Shown here: positions 1 through 13,930 of the stretch, one piece after another
Layout: each line of letters begins with the position of its first letter
How positions within the stretch are numbered: position 1 is the first letter of the stretch
Notes under the pieces: model-generated
What the model saw: only the letters and a program-made list of their open reading frames with translations
Database searches by the model: none
What the model was told of the DNA's origin: nothing
Program-made: the position numbers and the translations under genes
DNA from: Lama glama
Lineage: Eukaryota
Assembly (NCBI GenBank): GCA_028534125.1
Contig: CM052818.1
Coordinates: 17,114,001 to 17,178,000, forward strand
Direction of reading: 5' to 3'
DNA: 64,000 nucleotides

Positions 1-1996
1 CTTGTTTGAAAGTATTTCTTTTAAGTCAATATTCAGACAACTCAGATTTCAAATTCTCTATTAGAGTTTTTTATCTCTTCCCATCCCCAGGATCTGGGGA
101 AGGGATTTCTGTTCTGAAGGTTTTCCTTGGGATCATCCCTGAACTCCCTGAGATGTCCTTCATCAGCCTGGTCTCTGGTTGTCCTTTGTGGACTGAAACA
201 TGAGTGGCCCTGGCTAGTGGTTAGGATACTGTGTGGGTATACACCCTTCTGGATCTGGGATTTTGTGTTGCCTTTAGATCTAAGATTCTGCAATTCTTCT
301 TGTCTGGACTCCAGGCCTCTTCTGGTCCCTTGGTCCTCCGACTGTCTCTGGGTCGACCTGGAGATCTCAAGAACTTCTCTGCGACCTGATGGAGTCTTTG
401 AGGTTTGCCTTGAATACCCTCCTCTCCTGTGACCACCTCTACTCCCAGGCCTTGATGACAGAGCACCTTGCCAAAGTCAAGGCTTCCTTGAGAGGCCTTC
501 ATTTTCCCCAGGCGAGTGTGGCATCAGCACCACTGGGTCCTGAATTCCCCGGTCGTGTCTGGGCATTAGATCTCTGGGTTCAGCTCTGGTGGGGAAGGAG
601 GGTCACCCCATCTGCCATCTTTTCCCTTGATTTTTCCCTAGTTCTGAGCTCGTCCCACAAGCGTCTGAAGGATTTTTTTCCTTCCTGTGTGGCAGGAACT
701 TTGCCTGCTGTTTGCTGCTCTGCAGTTAGGGGGCACCTTCCACCCTCTACTGAAGTGTGAAAGTGCACAAATCCTTCTCGATATTTACCTTTCCTCTCAA
801 AATTGTGGCTTTTACAAATAAAAAAAAATGATTGTTTTATGGTTTCACTATGGAATTTAAGAAAACATATCAGACTCAAATACAAGTTTCTCAAATGTGT
901 TCAGCCATAGTTTTAGTGGGTGGAGGAATGAAGAGACAAACAGAAAAGAAAAATTACTGTAAACAAAAATACACTGGGCTAATGAGGAATTAAGATTGCA
1001 AAGGAATACAATTACACAGGTTTACCCTGTAACCAGCGTTATCTCCATTGTATCTAAGAATGCAAAAGCCACTTCCTTTTTTGGCCTTCTCGAGACTTAA
1101 TACAACATTCTTCAGATTCCTAACTTACTGAGTTTCCTTCCCTGTGCAAACCTAATCTTCTAAATGGGCCTGGATAATTTTACCTTTTGAAAGCAATCAG
1201 TCATTACAGTTGTGCTTCTAATCCTTCAAGCATCACCGTGGGAAACATTTTATATTGTGATCATTTAAACCAATATCTCCAGTAGGGGAGACTTCCTGGT
1301 GTCAACTAGATTGTTGAAGAAATAGATCCTTGCATTTATAGCTTAAGTTCTAGCCAGTAAACACAAAATTTTTGCTTCAGTGTAGACATTCCAATTTCGG
1401 GTGTGAACTTAGAGCTGCTTCTTGAAGAGAGTCTTCGTTTGCTAACTGATTTCTTGTAACCTGGTCACAACCAGTTGAACATTGTAATTAATGAGTGACT
1501 GCCCCAACCACTTCTTTTATCCTCTGCTCTCTTATTATCCCCCATTCCCTTGCCAATATGTATTAGAATCAAAAGCATTACCACTGAGGAACTGCCAGAA
1601 AAACACTTATTTTCATGAGATGACCAGTATTTTTCTCCATCAATACTTGTTCAACAGATAACAGGGAGATTTACAACTGCCAAGTGCTAAGTGTGGTGCT
1701 AGGGTACCCAGCTCTCTCTGATCCAGTCACAAAGGTGACCGAGCTACTGAAAACACTGATTTTAGAATAAAATTCTCTCTACGGCCCTTAGCTGCACTTT
1801 GGAGACTTTAACAAGACTCAGCATCCTGTGAACATTGTGAAGGGCATATTATAAATTTACCATAAAATAGGTGTACAATAATAACAATATGTAAAAAGAA
1901 TACTTCTGAGCCTTCCGCCACTGGGGAAGCATGCCTGTTTCCTTTTTCCCTCCAGTCTGGATGTGTTTATTCTAATTGATGCATATTTTGTATCTT

Positions 1997-2018
1997 TGTG
2001 TGTGTGTGTGTGTGTGTG
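1997..2018. repeat. (TG)n microsatellite
   Basis: Direct reading. Confidence 0.95.
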
Positions 2019-3297
2019 ACTTATGGGTCACACCTACAACCGCTGGCAAAGCCTAGGGTTGCTTTCTACAGGTCGACCAGGGACCCGAGCAAAGGCTCAC
2101 GTGAGGAGCTCCTTGTGAGTGTTCTTGACTAAGTCACGTATGAATGAACGCACTCGCAAATCCACGAAGAGTAAAGCTTCTCCTCAGTGACACTTAGCAT
2201 GCGGAAGAAGGCACAGAGGTTATTTGATTTCTCACGTTTGTAAGAAATTAATTCTAAATGGGATTATAAATCTCAAAAACATATCATTAATAGCCCCGAC
2301 CTACTTAGCAGTGCTGTGAAAACGCCCAACTTTTTGTGTGGAATAAAGGCAATTGATATTCCACTTCTGGGTTTTTCTGCCTCATTACTCTTAGGCCAGC
2401 CCACCTCCTAACTCTTCTTGCTCTCTGCTGTAACATCTCCCCAAGAGTCAAGCCTGCTCTGTTTTGCTCCGTAAAGATTCCTACTTTGATACCGACTTAC
2501 TATAGGCTCGGAAAAACAACAATAGTAAATATTCTACAATAGGACCCTTAAAACTTCTGTTTGTTATTTAATTTAGTAGTAAACCAGATAATCAGAAATC
2601 CCTATATATGGACAGCATGAATTGTGACAGTAGTTACTTGAAAGGGTCCATGTGTTAGATATGTTCTAAAGGCTTTCTTCTGAGTCTTATTCTCCTGTTT
2701 ATAATCCTTTACAATGCTGCATTTCATCGTGTAGTTGTAGTGCTGTTGAGCACAAAGAGATGAAATGTATGTAATTGTTATATTCTGTTTTGCTCAAGCT
2801 GGCTGATTAATACAGGAATACTAGCTATACACCCGTGGAGGAAGTTGGTTCACGAGCAGTGGCAGAGGCTAGGAGGCAGGATTCTGTTGGCTTTTCAGTG
2901 CCTATGAGCTACTGAATTAATTTTTATTTATTCGTCATTATTAAAAAAAAATCTTGAGCAAGTAGTCTAGTTTATACTTTCGAATGGTAGGTTGGTGAAT
3001 GTCAGAGATCTATTGTGCTTCTCAAGTCACTATGATTGATTCTCAAGGTGATTTCAATGACAAGTTGTTGATATATTTATAGATGTATATACATATGTAT
3101 GTGTGTATCTGTCTATATATAGATACACATACATATCTATGTATTGGCCTTAGACTTTGGACCAGTTTCTATGAAAGTTCATGCCAGCATCTTTATTTTG
3201 GAGATTATTGTTATTAAAGTTAACTGCATTGTAGGGTTGAGTGGGACAGGAGCTAGATCATTGGGTCTTTGTGAGGCTTGGTTTGTTTCTACAATAT

Positions 3298-3395
3298 TGT
3301 TAAGAGCAGGGACCTCGGACAGACCTCTTGGGTTTGAAACTTGGTTCTTTCAGTTCTGAGCTATATGAACTCAGTTTTCCTCACCTGTGCAGCAG
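3298..3395 (+). mobile_element. MIR SINE fragment
   Basis: taagagcagggac...gggtttgaaacttgg...ctcagttttcctcacctgt core. Confidence 0.55.
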
Positions 3396-3819
3396 GGACT
3401 CCAGTTTTGCTGGAGTCATTGCATTGGGCAGCTGCACAGATAATGCGGTCTATCTGGTGTGCCACCAGGAATTGCAGGGCAGTGAGCCTTTTCTATCTCA
3501 GCACGTTGTCCTGAGGGTTAAATGAGGAGAGTGCTTAAAATATTGTCCGCCTAAGCTGTAAGTGTTTGCTATCATTATTCTTTGGGTAAAAGTGGTTTTA
3601 TTAATGGCTCATACACCTTAAAAATTGATGATGTATTCTGGTTCTTATTTTAATGATATCTAATTATGGATTTTTCCCTCCCAAAACTATATCTAGTTAC
3701 TGGTACTTGTTCTAATGAATAAGTTTCCAACAGACTAAACTAAACTGTTTAATCTTAGAAAAACGCTGTATTACAGTGCTGTACTTGTTTATACTGAGGC
3801 AAAAGGAACAATCAGTAAT

Positions 3820-4008
3820 ATTGATCCTATCTTTATTTAAAATTTTAATATTTTGTTTATCAAACTTTCTTACACTTAAAAAATATATTGCATTTAAATA
3901 TTATTTGTCTTGATTACTGAGCTTTTAGCACTTGCCCTCCACCTTATATTTTGTATCCAAGGTGAATGCCTCACTCACTTCACCCATTTCACCCTAGATC
4001 TGGCCCTG
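3820..4008. mobile_element. hAT fossil (MER96B-like)
   Basis: Ends in gtgaatgcctcactcacttcaccc...ctagatctggccctg, a hAT-type terminus. Confidence 0.5.
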
Positions 4009-4594
4009 CTGTTCTGGACTTGATCTGTTAAAATTGAAAAAATATTCCCATTCAACATTTGGTTGACATACCACTATTCTTTCACTGACTTAAAAAGGAG
4101 GCTAAAATAACCAAATCTAAATCTAGACCCTGGAAGCTGACCATTAGAATGCCATTGCTACTAATGCTAAATCTCATTTTTTATTTTCCATTTACAAGGT
4201 AACTTAGAAAATCTTAGTTCATGGAATCCTTAAAGTTCAAAACAAGTTTTTTACTTACTTGAAAACGTGATCAGGTAATTTGGTCTTGAGAGTGAAATGA
4301 GCACAAAATAAGTGTGACACCAAATCAGAGAACCATCAGGCAGCCGTGTGAACAATTATCCTGAGATCAAGAGAGAAAGAGAATGGGATGGAACCCAAGG
4401 GGAATTTTTAATCAGTAGTATCAAGAGAAGTCACAATTAGTCAAATGAGCCACTTGGTAGACGAAAAGGCATAAAATCTCTCTTTACTTATCGATGGTGA
4501 GGTTGAGAAAATGTACCCAGGACTGTTCTGGCTGAGTAAACAAGAACTCAGCCAGTATCCCATGGGATGATGGGGAACATGAAATAAAAACGAC

Positions 4595-4775
4595 ATACAA
4601 GTTTGGAATCATAACTATTGAGTTGGTCTCCTGCTTGGTCAGCTATTAGCTGTGCAGTTTGGACAAGACACTTAAATTCTCTGAGCCTTAATATGCCTAC
4701 CTCTCCAGGCTGTCATGAGAAATAAGAGTTTATGTAAGTAGTTAAAAATGCATGGAGCACATAGAAGCGGCTTCA
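4595..4775 (+). mobile_element. MIR SINE fragment
   Basis: tattagctgtg...ggacaagacacttaaattctctgagcct core. Confidence 0.55.
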
Positions 4776-5369
4776 TGGGTGATTATAGGTGCTGTAACGA
4801 TTTACATTATTAATTATGTTAGGCAATGTACCAACTAATCAAGGGATACAGAGACAACTAAGTGATTAGACCTGAAGAGGAAAACATGTGTCCAAGTAGT
4901 CACCAATCAGCCTAGTGTCACATCAGCATCTGAGTGCTGATGTGCCCAGTCCTCTTCATTTCTGAATAAAGCAAGAAAATGGTACCAAACAGATAAGAAT
5001 CCAGGGATCCAGCCAGGCTTCCGGTTGCCCTGGTTGCAGGGAGCCTTCTGCAAACCAGTAGAGAAAGAGAGAGCTGGGCTGACTCAGAGAACTGCTCTTC
5101 CAGAGAGGGAAAGGGGTTGGGACCTGGGCTGGCAGAGTGCAGAAAATTGAAGGAAGGAGCTGCTGATGGTCATATTGGGAGGAGATGACTGCAACAGGCC
5201 TTTATGACACGCAGGACTCGGCACATTCTTATAGTAATGATGTGTGGGCTGGTGCTATTCATCTTAAGTTTCTGAAAGATACTTACATTCCCATCTTTAT
5301 TTTCTCAGATTAGTGTTTATTTGAAAAAATCTCTTCTTCCATTCTCATTCTGTTATATATATACACTGT

Positions 5370-5373
<4 letters not shown>

Positions 5374-5411
<38 letters not shown>
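5374..5411. repeat. (CA)n microsatellite
   Basis: Direct reading. Confidence 0.95.
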
Positions 5412-5413
<2 letters not shown>

Positions 5414-6749
5414 TATGGATTTGGAACTTTTTAGATCCCAGATAACATTTCAGGACATTTTCCTGTCCCGAGTCCTTACAGGGAATATACCTGGTGACAG
5501 TGCTTATTACACAGTGTCTAGGAACCTAGCCAAATCATTTAAAAAATGTAGCCATCTGGATATTTAGTCTAGGATGCTGAGTAAAACAACAACAAAACAA
5601 TTCAATTATCAATCATTCCTTAATTCAAATGAATAAACTGAGTATATCCTTCAGTAACATACAAACATAGGCTTAGGCTGATCTCCATAAGTAGGAAACA
5701 TGTGAGAAATTATATAAGGATTCATTTTATTTTTCTTAGCAACTACTTGAATTTTCCAAGCAATCAAGAAATTTAAGCATTTTGTCATCCTCCAAAGCAA
5801 GGAGATTCTGTTCCCATTTCTCTCCCAGAATTGTGAGGCAGTTACTTCTCTTCCATTCATGGGCCACCTGAGGTACCTGGATCCAGCATTCATCGAACCC
5901 TGGACACCAAAGTCAGTTCTCCTTGGGTTCTGTGAGAGTTTGGTCTTTGTATTTTTTATTTCAGTGGATTTTTCTTGGCCAAGGCCCTGCTCTGCCTGGG
6001 AGCTGATTGAGCTTCCGGAGAGCCAATATGTTTCTCAGCTCTCCAATTTAAATGCTGCCAAGAATTTCCTAACGTGTGCCATGAGAAATTCAGCAGCACA
6101 TAAAACCCCATTCATTAAGTAAACAGTTAACTAAGCAACCCTTGGCAAAAGGCACAACCCATCTGACATTTGAAGCACTCGGGACCTTCCAAAGAAAATA
6201 ATTAAAGAATGCATTAAGAAGAAATACCCCAGTGCTTAGCAGTCATAATTGAAAAATTACAGTTCCCAACCTGGAGTCTGCATACTTTTTAGGGTCTCTG
6301 AAATTAGAAATGAAGAGCAGCTACATATGCTTAATATCTCCACAAAACTAGGCAAGGCTGCATACTTACCCACGTTTAGCAGAAGCTAAATAAAACAACA
6401 ATTTGCATCAGACTACAATTCTGTCAACTCAGTATGATTACAGAGGCTATCTCATTTTGTCATTTAGGTGCCTTTGATACATTTTTAAAAATCCAACAAT
6501 TCTTTAATAAATGGCATTTGTTTAGTAGACGAAATCTTTCCAAATGTATAGTTCATGAGAGATAAGAAAGAGTTGCAAAACTTGGAAATTATTCATTTAA
6601 ACAAGATTTAAGGGTGACTCCTTATTTCACAGGATGCTTCTTTGCTTTTTAGAGAAGCAGTCACTTCCTTACGTGACAAACATTCCCCTCTAATAATTTA
6701 AGATGATAACATCTAAGATCTTACACATTTAAGACCATACTGGTAACAA

Positions 6750-6930
6750 TAGTGGCTACTCTTTATTTGCTCAGTGCCCAGATCAAGCACTTAATACTCT
6801 GTGTGTTTACATAACTCTACAAAATGAGTGTTAATAATCTCCTGTGATAAAGAGGGAAACTCCTTCAGAGAGGCTAAGGAACCTGCCCAAGGCAATGTAA
6901 CTAATTAAGTAGCAGAGCAGGGCTGGTTGA
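6750..6930 (-). mobile_element. MIR SINE fragment
   Basis: cagagaggctaaggaacctgcccaagg...gcagagcaggg (reverse MIR core). Confidence 0.55.
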
Positions 6931-9900
6931 ATCTGTATCCATATTCATATCTATATATCATGCCATGCATTGCCTCCATCAGATAATATTAAAATTACAG
7001 AAGAGATTTACACAAAATTTCTCAGGAACAAGTCTACTTTTGCAAAATCTCTTCATCCTGGGTGCTAAAAACAGCAGCTTTGGCTGCCTTAAATGTCAGC
7101 TTCCTGTTTCCCTTGAGGTTTCTCGGGTAGGGGTGTGATTGAGAAGTGAAGGCTGGCAGCTAGGGCAGGAAAGGGGACTCCTACAACTTGAGGAATTGCA
7201 AATGCGATAACCAGCTCTGGAAGAAATCTCAGGTCCCGGAGGCTCAATTGAGTCCCACCGTTTTTGTTGCTGACAGCAATTTAACTACAATAAAAACAGT
7301 CCCGTGGACAGAGAAGTGAAAAAAAGTGATATATTCCCGCTGTGGAGTCAGGCATTCAGATTCTGTCTTGTCCACCTCTTATTGGCTCCACACTTATCAG
7401 CTGTGTTCTTCAGGCAAGTGGCCTTGCCTCTTGAAGAGAGCCATTCTGAAGTGGAGCCAGAGGATGCTTTGCTTTCTCCTGCATTTACCCTGTCCTGCAA
7501 ATCTCTCTGATGAGCTGGTGACCCACTCTTGGTGTTTTACTGCAAGAAGCTCTACCAGGGCCTTGTGATTACTGGAAAAGAATTAGTGTGCCTATAATTG
7601 CATTCATTGTTTGTTTTATTTTTTTCTGATTGTATTTCTCTCTATCTACTTTCCAGCTGACAAATAATGTAATTTTCTGGCATGAGGCCAGAATCGCTGA
7701 TGTGTTAAATTCAAAATTATTGTAATCATTTATGAATAATAACTTTATAAATAATTATAGTAACAGGTATGTAATTCTAAGCAAGATATAATTTCCTGTT
7801 GCTATTCAGAAGTCTTTTTAAGTGAGTTTGAGTAAATAATTTGCCACCAGCTTTGGTGTGCTGCATTTTAGAAAGCTAGATCAGAACAACTTCAATAATT
7901 CTATTATATGTATTTATCTTATCCACGCAGAAAGCAAAAATCTTTATATGGTACAATGTATAAACATTATTAGAATAATTAATGTAAATGGCTTGGTAGG
8001 AGGGGCATAGAACATATTATAAAGTTATGATAATTAAATGAAGTGGAACTGGATCAAGAAAAAATAGAAACAGATCAATAAAACCAAATAGGGTGCTCAG
8101 AAATAGAACCTTGTTTATGTAAGAATTTAATATGTGGTATCCTTTACAAATTAGTAGAAGAAAGAAGAATCATTTAAAAATTGTGCTGGTTCAAATAAGT
8201 AGCTATTACTTGGGTATGGAGACTCAATTTGAATTTTTCACCCTAAAAGAGAAGACAGATATTTGCAAAAAATATTAAAAAGTTATATGCACACTTAAAA
8301 TTAAGGAATAAATATTTTGCATGAAAATATATGTATCAAATCTCTCTTAAGGGAAGACTTTCTAAGCGAAGAAGTGATGAACGCAATCAAAAAGTGATAG
8401 TAGATTCCAATATTGAAACTTTGCCATATCCAAAACAACATGCACCAGTGCACCATATCCATGTCACTGTGAAATAGTGGGGAAAGGACAGACTATCTAC
8501 AGTAAGTGGTATTATATATATACCCATGCATACATGTGAAAATATGTATACTAAATGGTACACTATATATTAAATGGTACACTGTATACTGATGTCCACC
8601 TCCTCAGAAAAATGTAAAATTAGGCAATGGAGGGGGCTTCACTGAGCTCATGAGGCTAGGGATGCAAAAGAACATGCGTTGGTTAAACTAGGCATAACAT
8701 TTGGTGCCATTATTTTGTTACTATCAAAGGTGCCATTTCTGGTTGATGGGAAGATAGGGTCCCTTAAAAAAATAAAATATAGGGATGGCTACTATCCCCT
8801 TGCTGAGACTGGCAGAGGATTAAAAAGTTTTTGGATAAAGCAGACATGCATTGCCCTTATTAGCAGCATCTGTTGGCTTGGAATAGATGCTTTAAACCCT
8901 AATTTATGGTGTGTTAGATTCTGCAAGATCATGAAAGACTGAGGCTGAAAATATCTTCATCAGTTAGTTGCAAAATAACAGTAAATGTAGCAAGTTTATT
9001 GTTTCTAGTTAACTTTTTCAGTGTCTTTCTAAATTCCATTAGTGGGGGAAATAACTGTGAGATGCTTTCCCCTCAGGACTTTTATTTTTATATTTGAGCA
9101 TCAGCTTATTGTGAAGCTAACACAGTTTAAAAGTTAGAATTGCCTTTAAATCAGTTACGGTTCCCTTTCCACCATGCTGCAGAGAAGACAGCTGCTCTTC
9201 ATTTGTAATTGCTCAGGAGCCTCCGATGAGCCTGTGCTGTGATGGAGATGGTTCTTGTTCTATTTATTTAGTTTTTTTTTAGCAGAGTTGAAAAAGCACT
9301 GAACCCTGAAATCCCCGGTACTTACTTATTCATGATCAAAGCTTGATGCCAACTGTAACAGTCTCTTCACTTATGTGAGCCTCAGTTTACTCATCTGAAA
9401 ATAAGAGGAATGACCTAGTGTTCAGCTTTTTTCTTTTTCTAAGTTGGTGTCTCAAATCTCATATTACTGACAATTGTGGTTCATTTTTCCTATATAAAAA
9501 TGTGTATTTTTTTTCTAAAAGGTGTTATTGAGTTACTGAATCTTTAATGTGAGAAAAAGAGGCATTCCTATGTAATGGAACTCAAGTTCTTTTGCTACAC
9601 AACCGTATGCCACTGACAGCGTCTTTGATAGAGCTGTTAACCCAGGGACAATAGTCTTTTAGTTTTTAGTCTAACTTGTACAGATGGCATCCAATGTTGT
9701 CTACCGACTTTAGGCAGTTCCCTCATGATGGAATGAGGGAAGGACAAAGCAAGAGGGTTTTCCTTTTCCTTTTGCTTTTCCTTCTTTTTACAAATAAGAT
9801 GTATTTCATCATGCTCATTTGGAACTAAGCAAAAAAATATTTCTTACTCTACATTACTTAAACAAAATACTATTTTTTTCTCTCTAAATTTCAACTAATT

Positions 9901-11586
9901 TTTGGTTTCAGATGAAATGAGTCATATGCCTTTGTTGGGAAATGATGCTACTGGGGTCTGTTTTCACGTTCCATAATTAGTTTTTTATTATTATTACAAT
10001 CTAAAAATATTTTGGTATGGGGAAAGTTTCAGTTTAGTGAAAATTTTCTCTGCATATAATCTCTAAACAGGATTGATTGGATAATGGGGGGGACCATATC
10101 CTCCCCTCAAAACCCCTCTTATCTTATAAATGCTTTATGTAACTCTCAATAAATTGAATTTCTTCAGTGCTGTCTGCTTTTTAAAGTGGTGTTGAGACAC
10201 TTGCACAAGGCTTGTACATCTCCTACTCTTTCTTTCTCATCTGCTACCCCTTCTCCCATCCACACCAGATACGTCCCTGCAACCCATCCGGGTGCATATC
10301 TGCCACGGTGGGCATACTCAAACTATAGATGAAAACTTCAATGATGTGACATCCTCAGAAAAGCTAAAATCGTATTAATCCCCTGGCCAATTAAGTTCAA
10401 TAGACTTTTTCTTAGCCTTTTTATTGTAAGCAGGTTCTGTGCTAGGCTCTCAGTATAAGGAAATGACTAGCGTAAGAAACTTGATCTTGGGTAGATGACA
10501 GGACAATAATGAGAGCAATGCTTAAAAACATTTGATAGCCACGCCCCCTGCCTCCACTCTGCCTTTGTAATTCTCTCTTCATGGTGGCATGAACATTGAG
10601 GAAAGTCTTTTGAATTTGCTAATCTTAATTATAGAAGAATCTTTTGTTTTTTGTTTTTTGGCTATTAGCCGTTCCTTTGGAGTGCTAAGCTTGTAAGTGC
10701 TAAAATTTATTTTTAGGCAGAGACATTTTTGACTCAAGACATTCCTTGAGTGAGATCATCTGTATATTTTAGCCAAGAACTAATTTCTGAAATTATTAAA
10801 TATTTTATTTAATGCAAATGTATGTAATGTATATAAGTATATGTATATTTATATTTTGGTGTGTATATGGTGTATATATATGCATTGTCTACTTATTTAT
10901 CTAGAGATGTACAATCTATTTTAATATATATGTTTATTTTTTCTGGACATCAGAGACAGCGGGTTTGACATGTATTACATATAAACACATTCACATTGGG
11001 GAATGTATAAACTCTACACATTACATGTATATGTATCTATATATATATAGACACATAGTAAATATTCAAGAGAAATTAAACTGGTTTATTCTCAGTGGAC
11101 CATGTTTTATTAGACTGGATATGTGCAGTGAGAAGTGATTACAGTTGCATTTTCTTCAGTACCTTACCTAACACTTATCTGATTAAATTGAAAATGTGGG
11201 GATTGAAAAATCATTTAAAAATAATAGATAAGTTAATGTTAGGGATGAAAGTTGTAATGCAATTTGTGTCCTTTTCTCAGCTGTTTCTTATCTAGGTCAT
11301 GGCAAAACAAATGCCATTTACTTCCTACTTGTTTGAGTGGCCCTTGTACTGTTCACTTACTGGCTAACTCTTGGTTGTATTTTGAAATAAGCACATTGAT
11401 ATAAAATAGGTGGTGCATGGACAGATCACAGATAGAGAAAAGAAGAATTAAATTTGGATATTTGAAATATTCTGACTGTTTCTTAATAGAGTAAAAACAT
11501 TAAATGCCTTTTAAACAAACAAACAAAAATTGAAACGAAACCAATCCCCTTAGATTAATCCTTAAACTTCATGGACTTTTACAATA

Positions 11587-11902
11587 TAGTCAGGCTTCCA
11601 TATCCGTGAGTTCTGCGTCCTCAGATTCAACCAACCAAGAATGGAAAATATTAGGGAAAAAAATACCAGAGAGTTCCAGAAAGTGAAACTTTAATTTGCC
11701 ATGCACTGCATTTACACAGCATTTATTGTATCAGGTATCATAAATAATCTAGAGATGATTTAAAGTATATGGGGGCATGTAGGTAGGTTATATGCAAATA
11801 CCGTGCCATTTTACTTAAGAGACTTGAGCATTGGTGGATTTTGGTATGAGGTTGAGGGGAGTGTCCTGGAACCAATTCCCCACAGATTCCGAAGGAGAAC
11901 TG
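11587..11902. mobile_element. TcMar-Tigger DNA transposon fossil (Tigger3/MER2B-like)
   Basis: Imperfect terminal inverted repeats (tagtcaggcttccatatccgtg / cacagattccgaaggagaactg) and a characteristic core (aatctagagatgatttaaagtata). Confidence 0.8.
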
Positions 11903-12502
11903 TGTGTCTTTACATACATATATCTATAGATATATAGAGATAGAGATAGAGATATATATAATGTCCTAAATGACTTACCTGTTGGAAAACTACATTGTAG
12001 TCCTGGAAACAAAGAAAAAGCCCCTCTGCTTAAACTGGGCTTGAAGAGGCATTTTAATCCATAGTTACATGAAAAATTCTTCTGCTTAATTGTGATATTT
12101 GATTCATTTAGAGATATTTTAATCAGGACAAATGGAAGGAAAAATACTGTGTTTTGAGTATAATGCATGTGACTTGTGACAAACTCATCCTTTTGCATGG
12201 TGGCAAATAGCAATTTGATTGTGAATCTCCTTCTTAGCAACTAAGTGAAATGTCCTGCTGAGACAGAGACACAGTTTGAAGTTGTCATTAGATATTCAAA
12301 CAGAGTGCTGGACATGGTTATGATAAAAGACACTCAGTGAGCTCTGTGCCTCAACACATTTATTGATAAAATAGGATCATGTTATCTATTTCCTAGATGC
12401 TTATGAGGAGTAAACATCTAATACATATAAATCTCTCATAACAGGGCCTGGCAGAAAGTACTCTCCGTAAATCTGAACGGATTCTTGTTATGGTGGTGGT
12501 GG

Positions 12503-13365
12503 TGTTAGTGGATGGAGGGACCCCTAAATTAGGAAACCCACCAAAGCGTGGGTTCTTGCTGCCGGCCATGAAAGAATTTGCACATCAGAGGCAGAGGGAT
12601 GAAATAGACAGTTGCTTTATTGCTCAGAAGGGAAAAGGAAGGAAAAATCTCCAGTGAGGAAGAGGTGCTGGAGCAGGGAGCACTGTAGAGACAGCTCCAG
12701 CCAGGTCAGGCCACGTGGACTTTTATGAGAACCTTCCATCATCATGTCCTTGTTTAGGGTGTGATACAGCCAATCTGTTCTTGTTTGAGTTTTTCAGTCC
12801 TAGTAGGGGCTTTTCCAGTTGTTGTCATGGCAATCGTCAACTTCAGGGCGCCGGTGGGTGTGTCTTTTAGCATGCTAATATATTACAGTGAGCATCTAAT
12901 GAGGCTCAGGGTCCACTGGAAGTCAAATCCTCCACCGTCTTGGACTGGGTGGGTTCTAATCGGTTCTTGTTTCTTCTCTGCAGCTGCCTCCTGAGAGTTA
13001 GATAAGAGTAACTGGTTTCTGTTTGAGGGAAGGGAAGGGGTATGATCCTAAGGGCAACAGCCTTGGTAACAAAAAGGAAAGTTGCTTTTAATCAATGCCT
13101 GCAATCTAGTGGACCCAGCATCCCCCGCAAAAAAACCGTCTCCAAAATTCAGCCAGGAAGCTTTTATAGGGAAAGGAAGGAATAACCTCAGTTAATCGTT
13201 GAAAGAGGTGGTCAGAGTCATTGCCATCCCTGAATGCCTGCAGGCTTGTCCTAGTCAACCGCTTGATCCTGCTCTTCTGGGACCCAGGGAGCCTGGGAGA
13301 CCAGCTTTTCTATAAGCAAGAGGCAAGGGTTGGGGCAGGCGGCCACAGGATCCTGCTCCCTCTCA
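12503..13365 (-). mobile_element. Solo LTR, ERV1-like
   Basis: TG...CA termini with a 4-bp TSD GTGG (12499-12502 and 13366-13369). Minus-strand AATAAA at ~12616-12621. Internal sequence resembles ERV1 LTRs. Confidence 0.7.
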
Positions 13366-13729
13366 GTGGTGGTGGGGTGGGTGTTGTTTGATGCCACAAA
13401 AACCCTGTCAGGAGTGAAACTCCCAGGGTCACCAGCTTCCTGTGTACATTTTCTGTCTGAGAAGCCTCATCTATGAAGAACACCATCAGTGTACAAACTA
13501 CAGTGTAGCTTATCAGGATAAAAAAGAAAGCCCTGATTTGCTGTGATCTCTTTGATCCTGCTGGTTGCAGCTTTATTCATTACTTTAAAACACTCACCAA
13601 GCATCTACCGTGTCCCCTGTTAGCTGTTACCCTTGTTACAACATTTAGATTGTGTAACTCCACTGATTCACTGTAAGAATAATAAACATTGTTATTCCTA
13701 ATAATAGCAACCACATTAATAAGGGCAGG

Positions 13730-13930
13730 TACTATTTACTTGAGCACTCATTCTGCTCCAGGTCCTGTTCTTAGCATTTTAACTGAGCCATAATTCATGC
13801 TTTACAATAAACCTAATGTGGTAGATATTATGACCCCATTTTACAGATAATACTGAGCCTCTACAAGGTTGAAGGGCTTCCACAAAGTCACAGGACTGCA
13901 AGAGGGTGAGCTGGGATTCTCTCTGAAATC
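13730..13930 (-). mobile_element. MIR SINE fragment
   Basis: ccccattttacagat...aaggttgaagggcttccacaaagtcacag. Confidence 0.6.

Noticed and set aside
1..894. Overlapping ORFs in a GC-richer stretch
   Set aside because: No recognisable protein or neurexin similarity. Possibly an old LTR fragment, but I cannot assign it.
4919..4944. 10-bp-stem hairpin (cacatcagca/tgctgatgtg)
   Set aside because: Too short for a pre-miRNA and plausible by chance in 64 kb.
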